DNA from: a virus
Taxonomy: Duplodnaviria > Caudoviricetes
Virus record (IMG/VR): IMGVR_UViG_3300042868_006771
Span: 1 to 54,113 of that record
Strand: one strand, 5' to 3'
DNA: 54,113 nucleotides
Shown here: positions 39,106 to 48,115 of the stretch, one piece after another
Position numbering within the stretch: the stretch's first letter is position 1
How the letters are laid out: each line of letters starts with the position of its first letter
Program-made: the position numbers and the translations under genes
The notes under the pieces: generated by a model
Database searches by the model: none
Told to the model about the DNA's origin: nothing
The model's input: the letters and a program-made list of their open reading frames with translations, nothing else

Positions 39106-39322
39106 ACCACACGCTAGATCAGTATTAGTCCAAGACGGTAACATTGAAAAGGCCCTGCGCAAGTTCAAGAAAAAAGTACAGAATTCTGGCATACTAAATG
39201 ATCTCCGCGAACGTGAATTTTACATCAAGCCCACTACAGCCCGCAAACTCAAACGCAGTGCAGCCAAGAATCGCTGGCGCAAACAACTAGAAGCCCAACA
39301 ACTCCCGCCACGCACCTACTGA
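39098..39322 (+). CDS. rpsU: ribosomal protein bS21
   Basis: IEKALRKFKKKV...G.L..LREREFY.KPT..RK. Confidence 0.92.
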   Translation: MNKPHARSVLVQDGNIEKALRKFKKKVQNSGILNDLREREFYIKPTTARKLKRSAAKNRWRKQLEAQQLPPRTY

Positions 39323-39567
39323 TGTACATTGAGTTTGGTTTGCAAAATCAAGGCTATTATCATGATCGAGAACTCATCGAAACATCTATGAAAATGTGGT
39401 ACGAACAATACCACATCGAATATCGTACAAAACCAGCAAGACTAAAGTTGAGAGTCACCTTTGATCATGATGAGTCCTATACATTTTGGGCCATGACTTG
39501 GAACCCCAAACAGCACAAGATTCTTGCTCGATATCGCATTGTGTCTGATCTAAATAACAAAATATAA
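39322..39567 (+). CDS. hypothetical protein
   Basis: coupled ORF. Confidence 0.65.
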   Translation: MYIEFGLQNQGYYHDRELIETSMKMWYEQYHIEYRTKPARLKLRVTFDHDESYTFWAMTWNPKQHKILARYRIVSDLNNKI

Positions 39568-39594
39568 TTCTGGTTTGTGTTATAATAAATACTG

Positions 39595-39658
39595 TTGTAG
39601 TGCCCATGGTGGGGCTACAATTCAAAGTCATCTTGCTTAATAAAGGAGAAAACAAATG
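39595..39658 (+). promoter_or_regulatory. ROSE-like RNA thermometer in the hsp20 5' UTR
   Basis: TCTTGCT (39631-37) pairs with SD AGGAGA (39644-49) with a bulged G; 5' hairpin at 39595-39620. Confidence 0.6.
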
Positions 39659-40114
39659 ACAAAAACTCTAACCCTTCGCACATTCGATCTTCCCGCAATT
39701 CACAAATTTGGTATCGGTTTCGATAACTTGTTTGATGATCTCATGCGTGTCAACGCCCAACAAGGCAACACCAACTATCCACCTTATGACATTGTGCAAA
39801 TCAATGATGATGAGTACATGATTAGTTTGGCTGTGGCTGGCTTTGGTCATGACAACCTAAATATAACCAAGGACAAAAAGACCTTGGTCATTGAAGGCAA
39901 ACACAGCCGTGAGACTGTGGACAGCGAAGACAGCACTGCAAAATACTTGCACAAAGGCATCAGCGAACGAAGTTTCCGCAGGGAATTTCAACTGGCTGAT
40001 CACGTGGAAATCAGCAATGCACATCTTGAACTTGGTATCTTGAATGTTCACTTGAAACGTGAAGTTCCTGAAGAAGCCAAACCAAAGACCATTGCGATCT
40101 CTTACAAAGAGTAA
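39656..40114 (+). CDS. ibpA: small heat-shock protein (IbpA-like)
   Basis: IGFD, NYPPYDI, AVAGF, YLHKGI..R.F.R.F.L, G.L. Confidence 0.93.
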   Translation: MTKTLTLRTFDLPAIHKFGIGFDNLFDDLMRVNAQQGNTNYPPYDIVQINDDEYMISLAVAGFGHDNLNITKDKKTLVIEGKHSRETVDSEDSTAKYLHKGISERSFRREFQLADHVEISNAHLELGILNVHLKREVPEEAKPKTIAISYKE

Positions 40115-40127
40115 TATAATGTAAATA

Positions 40128-40153
40128 CAGTGACAGCAATCCTGCTGTCACTG
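40128..40153 (+). terminator. stem-loop after hsp20
   Basis: cagtgacagca-atcc-tgctgtcactg perfect 11-bp stem; weak U-tract. Confidence 0.55.
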
Positions 40154-40179
40154 ATTGAGCAACAATGCAAGGAATAGAA

Positions 40180-40491
40180 ATGGCACAGAGCGACGTTCGC
40201 ACACGAATCAAACCATCAGAGGCTGTGAAAGAGCCACCTATGTTCAAAGTTATCTATCTCAATGATAACCAAACCACAATGGACTTCGTAGTAGACAGTT
40301 TGATTGAATATTTTGACTACACTGCCGAGACTGCAGAACAAATTACAGTGGATATTCATCAAGCAGGGCAAGCCACAGTGGCCGTATTACCTTATGAAAT
40401 TGCCGAACAAAAAGGCATTGAAGTAACACTTAGCGCACGGTCACAGAGCTATCCACTGCAAATTAAGCTGGAACCCGAAACAGTGAATTAA
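40180..40491 (+). CDS. clpS: ClpS adaptor
   Basis: PPMFKVIYLNDNQTTMDFVV, IH..G.A, EIAEQK, YPL. Confidence 0.92.
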   Translation: MAQSDVRTRIKPSEAVKEPPMFKVIYLNDNQTTMDFVVDSLIEYFDYTAETAEQITVDIHQAGQATVAVLPYEIAEQKGIEVTLSARSQSYPLQIKLEPETVN

Positions 40492-41276
40492 TCGTCTATG
40501 ACAATACGCAGGGGGTGATACACATACTGGCGCCATTCAGTGTCGCCCCTACCCCTGCAATTGTTGACAAATCTTATCCCTTGACGTATTTGATCCACAC
40601 TCCCATGGTAATGACCAAAGCACCAGGTGTGCAATTTGTTTTCTGTGTCGGCGCTCAATGCCTGCATCATGAATCCATTGCCCATGGTGTTGAATCGCAA
40701 GGTGTCAGCAATGCCAATGTCGTGAGCAATTAAACTTGAATTAGGTACAGTGTGTGTTACACAAACAATTTTTTTGACATCTGCATGAGTTTGCAATCGC
40801 TTGATGCTGCTGATCATGTACTTGGCATCTGTTGTGGCCAATCGACCCACAGTTTTGGCAACCAACGCAGAAACTTGACACTGATCTTGAAACCACAATG
40901 AAGTCTGTTCAGCATCTATTGACGGATCTAAATCATAAGTCCACCAGCCATTGGTTCCCAGTATGGCCACACCGTCTACTACCACAACATTGTCTTGCAA
41001 AAATACCACGTTGGGAATTTTTTTTATGCGGCGAACTAGATCGGCGTAGCTGGCATTCAGATCATCATAGTAATATCGATGTTCATCATTGCCATCAACA
41101 TAAAACACTGCTTGATAGCATGTGGCAAGATGACGCAATGTATTGATCACCACTTCGCGATCACGTGCAAGGTCACCGGCCACAACACAATGGGCACTGG
41201 TCGCCAGTCCAGTCCAGTCAAATTCAGGCCAAGTTTCGGCGTGAAGGTCAGAAATTAAATCAAATGCAAAACTCAT
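40488..41276 (-). CDS. calcineurin-like metallophosphoesterase
   Basis: SDLH, AGD, GNDE, THT.P, FGHYH. Confidence 0.85.
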   Translation of the reverse strand: MSFAFDLISDLHAETWPEFDWTGLATSAHCVVAGDLARDREVVINTLRHLATCYQAVFYVDGNDEHRYYYDDLNASYADLVRRIKKIPNVVFLQDNVVVVDGVAILGTNGWWTYDLDPSIDAEQTSLWFQDQCQVSALVAKTVGRLATTDAKYMISSIKRLQTHADVKKIVCVTHTVPNSSLIAHDIGIADTLRFNTMGNGFMMQALSADTENKLHTWCFGHYHGSVDQIRQGIRFVNNCRGRGDTEWRQYVYHPLRIVIDD

Positions 41277-41300
41277 GATACATATTTAAAAGGATCGCAC

Positions 41301-41657
41301 ATGAACATTATATTTGGAGACGCACTGGAAACTTTGCCTGACAACTACACTGTGTTGGAATTAGACACATTTGTGTTTCCGCCTGACAGCCAGAAACGCA
41401 CCAGTTATTGTGTGGTTGAAAAAGTGCCCTTGACAGATTTTCCCATGATGGAATCCTACATCAAAGTACATGCTGACATGATGCAGGCCTATAGGGACCA
41501 AAACTGGGACTATTGTTTGCACGCCATCAAAGGCCTAACAGGACGCTGGAACGGCGAGTTAGACAGTTTTTACTCTAATTTGTTGCAACGTGTAGAGCAG
41601 TATCAAGCCAATCCGCCAGGTGACTACTGGACTGGTTATATTGATCGAACTGTTTAA
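41301..41657 (+). CDS. hypothetical protein
   Basis: RBS AAGGA. Confidence 0.7.
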   Translation: MNIIFGDALETLPDNYTVLELDTFVFPPDSQKRTSYCVVEKVPLTDFPMMESYIKVHADMMQAYRDQNWDYCLHAIKGLTGRWNGELDSFYSNLLQRVEQYQANPPGDYWTGYIDRTV

Positions 41658-41950
41658 ATTTCAGGACTGCTACCGGTCTTGTCCTCGCCGGCACCCAACA
41701 CACATGCCAATCTAGTATCATATTCTATCATGGTCCAACTACGTGTTTCTTTGTTGACCAACAACGTTATATGAGTGTTGTGTACTGATTTTCCAACCCA
41801 GACTGGTATTTCTTTGTGTGTGTCTACAAAATAGTTCATGACTATTTGTGCATCTGAACATTTTAAAGATTTTTGTAAATCTATAATTTCCTGGGCGTGG
41901 GCTATAGAGCTGATTAGGCAGAATAGGAACGCCATTGTTGTGTTACGCAT
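41654..41950 (-). CDS. secreted hypothetical protein
   Basis: signal peptide ending AHA; RBS AAGGAG. Confidence 0.7.
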   Translation of the reverse strand: MRNTTMAFLFCLISSIAHAQEIIDLQKSLKCSDAQIVMNYFVDTHKEIPVWVGKSVHNTHITLLVNKETRSWTMIEYDTRLACVLGAGEDKTGSSPEI

Positions 41951-41977
41951 GATGGCTCCTTAAACGATTATTTATTG

Positions 41978-42313
41978 TCAGGGTGCGAATGTATCACTCA
42001 TGATATACACAGTAACACCAACACGCTGCCGTTCATTGAAGATATCTCGCCAGGCAGGCATTTTGCGAAATCCATTGGTCACCCGATCGTACACAAAGTC
42101 AGGTTGGTAGCTGGAAGATTTGAGTTTGGGTGCCTTGCCAGGATACGCACTGTTGCCGTGGCAATGTCGACACTGACCGTCCCATACCTGCTGACCTAAC
42201 GCAATCAAAGAGGTATCCTTCATCACAGTGTCTGTGAATGCTGGTGCCGATTCTTGGCAGTAGGCAGCATGACTAAAGATATAAAATAACAACACCACTG
42301 CCGCGTTTTTCAT
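41978..42313 (-). CDS. monoheme class I cytochrome c
   Basis: signal peptide, G..VW...CRHCHG, P.L, distal MPAW; RBS AGGAGA. Confidence 0.85.
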   Translation of the reverse strand: MKNAAVVLLFYIFSHAAYCQESAPAFTDTVMKDTSLIALGQQVWDGQCRHCHGNSAYPGKAPKLKSSSYQPDFVYDRVTNGFRKMPAWRDIFNERQRVGVTVYIMSDTFAP

Positions 42314-42338
42314 AGTGGCTTCTCCTGTGTAATATTTA

Positions 42339-43337
42339 TTACACAACAGGCACTAAATTATTTCGAAATATTTCCCAGGCAGTTTGCCATGACCAACGCT
42401 GACTGCCGTCCCAAACTCGATGTCTGGGCAAGAACAAACAATCTGTTACTGCTTGTTTCAAGTAAGGATTCATACATCCTGTGATGCCTTCGTCTATGAC
42501 ATCCAATGGCCCAGTAGCAGGATATGCAGCCACCGGAGTTCCGCAGGCCATGGCTTCGATCATCACAATGCCAAATGTTTCCCACTGACTGGGAAACACA
42601 AACACATCTGCCAGGTTGTAGTAGTAGGCTAGATCAGCACCAGTTTTGAATCCCACAAACTCCACGTCAGGATAACGTGACTGTAACTCTGCACGATAAG
42701 GACCATCGCCTACTAAAATCTTGCGTGAGTTGGGATAACTCATGCCACAAAAGTCATCCAAGTTCTTTTCTTTGCTGACTCTACTTACACATACCAAGGT
42801 GGTCTTGGCATTGGGCCGGCGTTCTCTGGGATAAAATATCTCTCTATCCACACCACGTGTCCATGGTATGATGTCACCGTCGAACCCATGCTCGCGCAAC
42901 TCCTGTACCATGGTTTCAGTCGTGGTCAGCACTTTTCCTGAGTGTTTGTGAAACCAACGCACTAGAGGCCAAGTAATGGCTTCAGGTATGCCAAACAGTT
43001 TTCTAAGTCCTTCTGGAAATTTAGTATGATAAGCAGTGTTGTAGCGATAATGATGTTTGTCAAGATATTGTCTAACACGCAAACCCACAGGACCCTCGGT
43101 GGCGATGTGGATATGATCCGGACGGATCTCCTCAAGTATCGCGCCCACATTCCGGGGAAGGGCAATCTTGACTTGGTTGTAGCCAGGGCAATCAAAGTAG
43201 CGGAACCGCCCGGGATCAAGATATACAACACGATAGTTGTCGCGAATCGCATGCGCCTCAATATTTTTGTAAGTGGTAACCACGCCATTGATCTGATCCG
43301 GTAAGTTGTCTGTGACTATTAAGATTGTTTTTGACAT
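42339..43337 (-). CDS. GT4 glycosyltransferase, Agt-like glycolipid synthase
   Basis: IVTD..P.QINGVV.T, HIATEGP.G, TAYHT.FPE, RVSKEKN, VFPS..ETFG.V.IEAMACGTPV. Confidence 0.8.
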   Translation of the reverse strand: MSKTILIVTDNLPDQINGVVTTYKNIEAHAIRDNYRVVYLDPGRFRYFDCPGYNQVKIALPRNVGAILEEIRPDHIHIATEGPVGLRVRQYLDKHHYRYNTAYHTKFPEGLRKLFGIPEAITWPLVRWFHKHSGKVLTTTETMVQELREHGFDGDIIPWTRGVDREIFYPRERRPNAKTTLVCVSRVSKEKNLDDFCGMSYPNSRKILVGDGPYRAELQSRYPDVEFVGFKTGADLAYYYNLADVFVFPSQWETFGIVMIEAMACGTPVAAYPATGPLDVIDEGITGCMNPYLKQAVTDCLFLPRHRVWDGSQRWSWQTAWEIFRNNLVPVV

Positions 43338-43492
43338 TGCCCCGTTACCTTGAATGTTTTAAACTTTAAATCATATCGCATGGTCGCCAACACCTGTTCG
43401 CAACTGAGCTGATTTGGGAAAACTAATTCTATTCTTCCGGGTTGATCTTGCGGATTCGTGCTGTGTACTGCTATCAATATCATCAACCACAT
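43319..43492 (-). CDS. 57-aa two-Cys protein overlapping the plcP 3' end
   Basis: RBS AGGAG; MWLMILIAVH...SCEQ...GQCQKQS*. Confidence 0.55.
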   Translation of the reverse strand: MWLMILIAVHSTNPQDQPGRIELVFPNQLSCEQVLATMRYDLKFKTFKVTGQCQKQS

Positions 43493-44243
43493 TGTCAGTC
43501 TCCTGTGTCCAAGTTACAATTTCCCATGTGCCATCATGGCGTTCTACCAAGGCTGTGCATGACTCTACCCAGTCGCCATCATTCATGTATGCAACGCCAT
43601 CTATATCTTTGATCTCTGCGTGATGTATGTGTCCGCAGATCACACCGTCGAATCCGCGTTTCCGGCAGTAGTCAGCAAGATTACGTTCAAAGTGAAATAT
43701 AAAGTCTACTGCTTTTTTGACCCGGTGTTTAAGGAACAGGCTAAGGCTAAAGTACCCAAAACCCATGCGATGACGAATCCAATTAATCCTAGTATTGAGC
43801 CCAAGAATGAAATCATATGCTTTGTCTCCCAACATTGCCAACCATGGCGCCAGTCTAGTGATGCCGTCAAACATGTCACCATGTACCACAAGATAATGCC
43901 GACCGTCTGCACCTATGTGTTCTGTTTGATTTACCAATTCAATTATGCCGAATCCAATGCCATACTGCATGAAGGGTCTTAGAAACTCGTCGTGATTACC
44001 AGCTACATATACAACCCTAGTACCACGCTTGCTATGACCCAGCACACGGCGAATAACATTAGTGTGCGACTGTTTCCATCGCCATTTGTTTTGTTTGATT
44101 TTCCATGCATCTATGATGTCTCCCACAAGATACAGCGTTTCGCAAGTGTTGTGTTTGAGAAAGTTGTTGAGTTTGTCAGCCTGGCTGTCTTTGGTGCCAA
44201 GATGAACATCGCTGATGAATATACTGCGATAAGTTTTTTGCAT
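43371..44243 (-). CDS. plcP: PlcP-like phospholipase C (LpxH2-type metallophosphoesterase)
   Basis: SDVHLG, LVGDIID.W, GNHDE (His, not the LpxH Arg), HGD.FD, CGHIH, N.GDWVES; next to an Agt-like GT. Confidence 0.75.
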   Translation of the reverse strand: MQKTYRSIFISDVHLGTKDSQADKLNNFLKHNTCETLYLVGDIIDAWKIKQNKWRWKQSHTNVIRRVLGHSKRGTRVVYVAGNHDEFLRPFMQYGIGFGIIELVNQTEHIGADGRHYLVVHGDMFDGITRLAPWLAMLGDKAYDFILGLNTRINWIRHRMGFGYFSLSLFLKHRVKKAVDFIFHFERNLADYCRKRGFDGVICGHIHHAEIKDIDGVAYMNDGDWVESCTALVERHDGTWEIVTWTQETDNVVDDIDSSTQHESARSTRKNRISFPKSAQLRTGVGDHAI

Positions 44244-44264
44244 CTAGTATTTACAACCAGATGT

Positions 44265-44293
44265 GTTACATTAGCGTTACAGTTTTATGTAAG
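44265..44293 (-). promoter_or_regulatory. Pho-box-like triple repeat upstream of plcP
   Basis: minus strand CTTACAT-aaaa-CTGTAAC-gcta-ATGTAAC, 11-nt period. Confidence 0.65.
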
Positions 44294-44294
44294 T

Positions 44295-44453
44295 CTAAAT
44301 TCTAACCAAGGTCCATTTAGTTGTAAATGACTTGCCCTCGGCTCGGCGTTTAGCAATCTTCTGGAACTCCTGCATGCGTAGTTCCCGAATAGTTTTCTCG
44401 TCGTGGTCGAAGCAAGCCCGATACAACTTGGAAATCAATTTCCGTTGTTTCAT
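44295..44453 (-). CDS. 52-aa basic protein
   Basis: RBS GGAGG; MKQRKLISKLYRACFDHDEK...KWTLVRI*. Confidence 0.6.
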   Translation of the reverse strand: MKQRKLISKLYRACFDHDEKTIRELRMQEFQKIAKRRAEGKSFTTKWTLVRI

Positions 44454-44507
44454 AACCCACCCTCCATTAGTGTACAGATACTTATACTACATCACACAAT
44501 TTGTGAT

Positions 44508-44828
44508 CTAATTCTGCAATGTTTCTTGCCTGGCTGCTTGCAATTCTTTGCGTAGAGTATTGTAATCTTCTAGTGTAGCAACGGAAGGCACAGTAGACTT
44601 CATATAGGCAGGCGGTACAGTCTGCCATTCAGATTCACTCACACCGGCCACAATCATGGCAGTGTATTCGTGTCCGTCGCTGGTGTGCAGTTTTACTCGT
44701 TCAAATCCTTGTGGAGTCTTTGCTGCGTTCATACAGGCCTGTGCCAGTGCTCTAAGAGCCGCTGGGTCTGCTATGATGTGCAAATCTTGTTGGGGTTCAC
44801 TGTGAGGGTATATGTGTAGTCTAGCCAT
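44508..44828 (-). CDS. hypothetical protein coupled to the DnaE-like gene
   Basis: TAATG overlap with the upstream stop. Confidence 0.7.
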   Translation of the reverse strand: MARLHIYPHSEPQQDLHIIADPAALRALAQACMNAAKTPQGFERVKLHTSDGHEYTAMIVAGVSESEWQTVPPAYMKSTVPSVATLEDYNTLRKELQAARQETLQN

Positions 44829-46504
44829 TATGTTATGTGCTCAATGTCCTTTAGTTTCATACGTTTGCTTTTGTACACTTTAACACATTCACTACTGTTT
44901 GTATAGTCTAAACGGCCTTTGCCCCACAAGATTGGTTGATCGCTAAAGGACATGGCATGTGGCACTATCACATCTAGATAACGACCGTTGCCGGTGCCCA
45001 GGGTGGCAAAGGTTATGTAGTCTTTGGCGCCGCTTTTAAACACACGATAATTGGCCACCAATCCCAAAAACTCCACTTCGCCGGGACGTCTTATTTCAGT
45101 ACAGGCAGGAATAAAATTACTGCTGCTCCAACGACCAGTTCTTGCTAGTTCAGCACACTCTCCACCTTGGCTGGGCGAAGGCACAGCTCCGGCCAGTTTG
45201 GCTTCTTGATAATACACCCAACTGCTGTAACTGCCTTCGCAGTGTTTCAAACAGGCTCGCCAGAAAGCCTCAGGGTTATGTGCCTTTTGATAGGCCAAGG
45301 CCCAGATCAATCTGCCCAGATTGGTGGCATGAGCTCGACACAGTCCAAAATGACTGAGTTCACGTAGTGACGCCAACACACTATCACGTTTGGGATGATC
45401 ACCAATCAATTGCATAAACTCATAGATCTTTTCCTCATTGCGTTTGGCAAATGCTCTGCGCCACATGTCGGCAGTGTACATGTCACAACCCAGGATATCA
45501 GCAATCATGGTGATAGCATCATCCTCAAACACCACTGTGTCTTGCTGTATGGTATCAGCACTCCAGTCTTGGAACGCACTGGCTTTGCGTCTGCCTTGTG
45601 TGGCCACTGGACGGATCAAGGCAGTGGCCAATGTACAGTCACTTTTGCTCTTGACTTTTAAAGCGCGAAACAGTCTTTTCATAGCTGGTGATTCGCCTTG
45701 AGTCACACCCAACACATCACCACGACCCAGCAAGTCACTGGTCTTTTCATCATGTTCAGGATAGTCTGTTAGTGGACGCTGATCTATTTCCCACAACTGG
45801 CTCAGTCCACGATTGGCCAAGATATCTATTTTGAAATGTTCAAGATCTTCTGTTTCGTATTTGTCTAACAAGATTTGATTGTTGCCATTGATCAGGCTTT
45901 TGGGCACAGCACGATCAAAAATTAAGATGCCACCACAGTGTTTTGATATACAGCGTTTTTTGCCCATAAGTTTGGCTGTGACTCGTTCTGCTTCCTGTAT
46001 CTCTTCTGGAGGCAATACTTGGCTGAATTCAAAGCCACGTTTGAGTGTGCCTTTGGCTCCTAGCCTTTTGGCGGCTTCTCTCTTGGCAGACTTTTCTTTG
46101 TACATTACATAGTTGCTGACCCTGGCACTTTGTCCCGGCCAACGACGGAATATGCGATTCATCACAGTGGCCTGTTGCCAGTGTGGAAAGTCAAGATCAA
46201 TATCGGGCAGATCGTCACGTTTGGGATTCATGAAACGTGCTATGGGGATATTCTCTGCCACTGGGTCAAGATCGCTGATGCCCATGAGCCAGCACACAAG
46301 ACTTGAGCCTGCTGATCCTCGAGTGATGTGTGGTATGTCTGTGGTTAAATCTAATATTTCTCTCACACGCAAGAAGTGTCGAGAAAAATTTTGATCTCTA
46401 ATTAGTTCTAGTTCTTCTGCCAGTCTGTGTGCGTATTTGGGATCTTGGGGTAATTCTCTTCTAAATTGTTTTACTAGTTGTTCAAGTTCTCGATATCTAT
46501 CCAT
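44828..46504 (-). CDS. dnaE: PHP-less compact DNA polymerase III alpha-like protein
   Basis: RL.EEL..I, RGSAGSSLV, DLDP, RFMNP.R...PDIDLDF, KHCGG, KIDIL, IRP, AYQKAH. Confidence 0.85.
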   Translation of the reverse strand: MDRYRELEQLVKQFRRELPQDPKYAHRLAEELELIRDQNFSRHFLRVREILDLTTDIPHITRGSAGSSLVCWLMGISDLDPVAENIPIARFMNPKRDDLPDIDLDFPHWQQATVMNRIFRRWPGQSARVSNYVMYKEKSAKREAAKRLGAKGTLKRGFEFSQVLPPEEIQEAERVTAKLMGKKRCISKHCGGILIFDRAVPKSLINGNNQILLDKYETEDLEHFKIDILANRGLSQLWEIDQRPLTDYPEHDEKTSDLLGRGDVLGVTQGESPAMKRLFRALKVKSKSDCTLATALIRPVATQGRRKASAFQDWSADTIQQDTVVFEDDAITMIADILGCDMYTADMWRRAFAKRNEEKIYEFMQLIGDHPKRDSVLASLRELSHFGLCRAHATNLGRLIWALAYQKAHNPEAFWRACLKHCEGSYSSWVYYQEAKLAGAVPSPSQGGECAELARTGRWSSSNFIPACTEIRRPGEVEFLGLVANYRVFKSGAKDYITFATLGTGNGRYLDVIVPHAMSFSDQPILWGKGRLDYTNSSECVKVYKSKRMKLKDIEHIT

Positions 46505-46593
46505 TAATTTGCTGCCTTAGTTTGTTTTAGGAAAATACTTATGGTATGATATGCTACCATAGAAAGATTTTGGCTACCAACTCATGCAGTCGT

Positions 46594-46617
46594 AAAAAAA
46601 GGCCCTTCTGGGCCTTT
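46594..46617 (-). terminator. Rho-independent terminator after the porin gene
   Basis: aaaggccc-ttct-gggccttt with a U-tract on the minus strand. Confidence 0.8.
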
Positions 46618-46667
46618 AGTACTGGTTACGAGTTCCAGCGCCGCTCAATCGTTGCGGTCGGTTTTAA

Positions 46668-48050
46668 TTAAAAGTTGATTTGTGTGCGAACACTGACCAC
46701 ATTTTCTTTAGTGGTTGTGCCCATGTCAGTGGTGTCCAATGGTGCAATTGCTGTGTCAAATTTGGTGGTAGCATAGTTGGCCATGATTCTAGCATTGCTG
46801 TTAAGAATCCAGTTTACACCGTAGGTCACAGTTCTAGCACCAGTTGAGTTTTGTGTGCGGTTGCCTGTCACAGCACCGTCAACACTGTTGCTGCCAGCGG
46901 CTGAATATTCAGAAACACGCACACCCACTTGCCATGCACCGTGACCATTGCCCACAACACCGCCGTAGTCTTTCATGAACACCGACGATGGGGTGATGCC
47001 ACCGAATGCACCACCTTTGTAACTCTTGGCAAAGTCTTCACCAGTGATGTTGTACATGGCTTCTACATACTTGGCCTGAACACGAACATCTTGTGTGGCC
47101 ACACAAGCAGTGGTCACGCAACTGGTAGCACCTGTAACATAGTTATAGGTGTTGGCCGAAGCTGAGTAGTTGCTGTCAAAGTTTTCTGCTTGCAGTTTAA
47201 ATGGACCATGTGCCAGGGCCAGTTCAATACCGTTCATGGTACGCTGAATGCTCACTGCATTGTTGGCAGTGGCACCATAGGCTGCTGTGTCAATCTTGTC
47301 ACCACCAATCTGGGCACGATAAACATTGCTCATACCACGTGCTTCTGAACGCATGGACACAATGGTACCGCGTGTGGTTGTGCTGGGAGCATCCACAGTG
47401 TTGCCTGAAGTTGTGGGCACCAACTGTGACCGTCCACCAGTACGTGCCACACCCAAGTGCAACACAGTGTTGGGTCTAGCAATCAATTGACCAAAGTTCA
47501 CAGCCACACGTGCCGCATACTGTGAGCCCAAGGTGTTGTCGTTGTTACTTTCAGTGAAGTCACCTTGAAATGCTGACAATCCATACACTAAACCAGCACT
47601 TGGTTCGCCGTGTAGCATCACGCCCAAACGTTTACCTGGTACCAATTGATTGCCATATGAACGTTCCATAAAGCCAATGTTGTTAGAGCTAGTTTGCTCT
47701 TCCAAGCTGAAAGGCTGTTTGAATCTACCTGTGCGTAACTGTGCTGACTTATTAAAGCCATAATTGACAAACGCAGTGTCAATAAAGTTAGTAGTACCGC
47801 CAACAGCATTGCCCACCAACTCATAGTTGATCTGCTTGTTGATACTGCCATTGATACCAATTCTAGCTCTACGCAGTTCAAAGTTGTCGCCCACGCTGGC
47901 ACTGTCACGGTCCACAGAGTCTGTTAGATCTGTTTGGAATGCTCGTGTGTCAAAATGCACACGGCCTGTGACCTTGGCATCCACCTGTGCCATTGCTGGC
48001 GATGTCAGGGCCACAAATACTGCAGCCAAGACTAATTTCGTAAATTTCAT
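46668..48050 (-). CDS. phosphate-selective porin OprO/OprP family
   Basis: signal peptide, FELRRARIG, GRFKQPFSLE..TSS....FMER, Y...TGE, GVNW.LN, C-terminal Phe. Confidence 0.85.
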   Translation of the reverse strand: MKFTKLVLAAVFVALTSPAMAQVDAKVTGRVHFDTRAFQTDLTDSVDRDSASVGDNFELRRARIGINGSINKQINYELVGNAVGGTTNFIDTAFVNYGFNKSAQLRTGRFKQPFSLEEQTSSNNIGFMERSYGNQLVPGKRLGVMLHGEPSAGLVYGLSAFQGDFTESNNDNTLGSQYAARVAVNFGQLIARPNTVLHLGVARTGGRSQLVPTTSGNTVDAPSTTTRGTIVSMRSEARGMSNVYRAQIGGDKIDTAAYGATANNAVSIQRTMNGIELALAHGPFKLQAENFDSNYSASANTYNYVTGATSCVTTACVATQDVRVQAKYVEAMYNITGEDFAKSYKGGAFGGITPSSVFMKDYGGVVGNGHGAWQVGVRVSEYSAAGSNSVDGAVTGNRTQNSTGARTVTYGVNWILNSNARIMANYATTKFDTAIAPLDTTDMGTTTKENVVSVRTQINF

Positions 48051-48076
48051 AGTTTCTCCTTTAGATTTACTTTTGT

Positions 48077-48104
48077 ATTATAACATATTATGTAGTGTTG
48101 TCAA
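48077..48104 (-). promoter_or_regulatory. sigma70 promoter for the porin gene
   Basis: TTGACA-16nt-TATAAT with extended TG. Confidence 0.7.
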
Positions 48105-48115
48105 TACCACAGCAG

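Noticed and set aside
43371-44243. LpxH lipid A enzyme
   Set aside because: It has GNHD rather than GNRD, and its neighbours (Agt-like GT, Pho box) fit PlcP better
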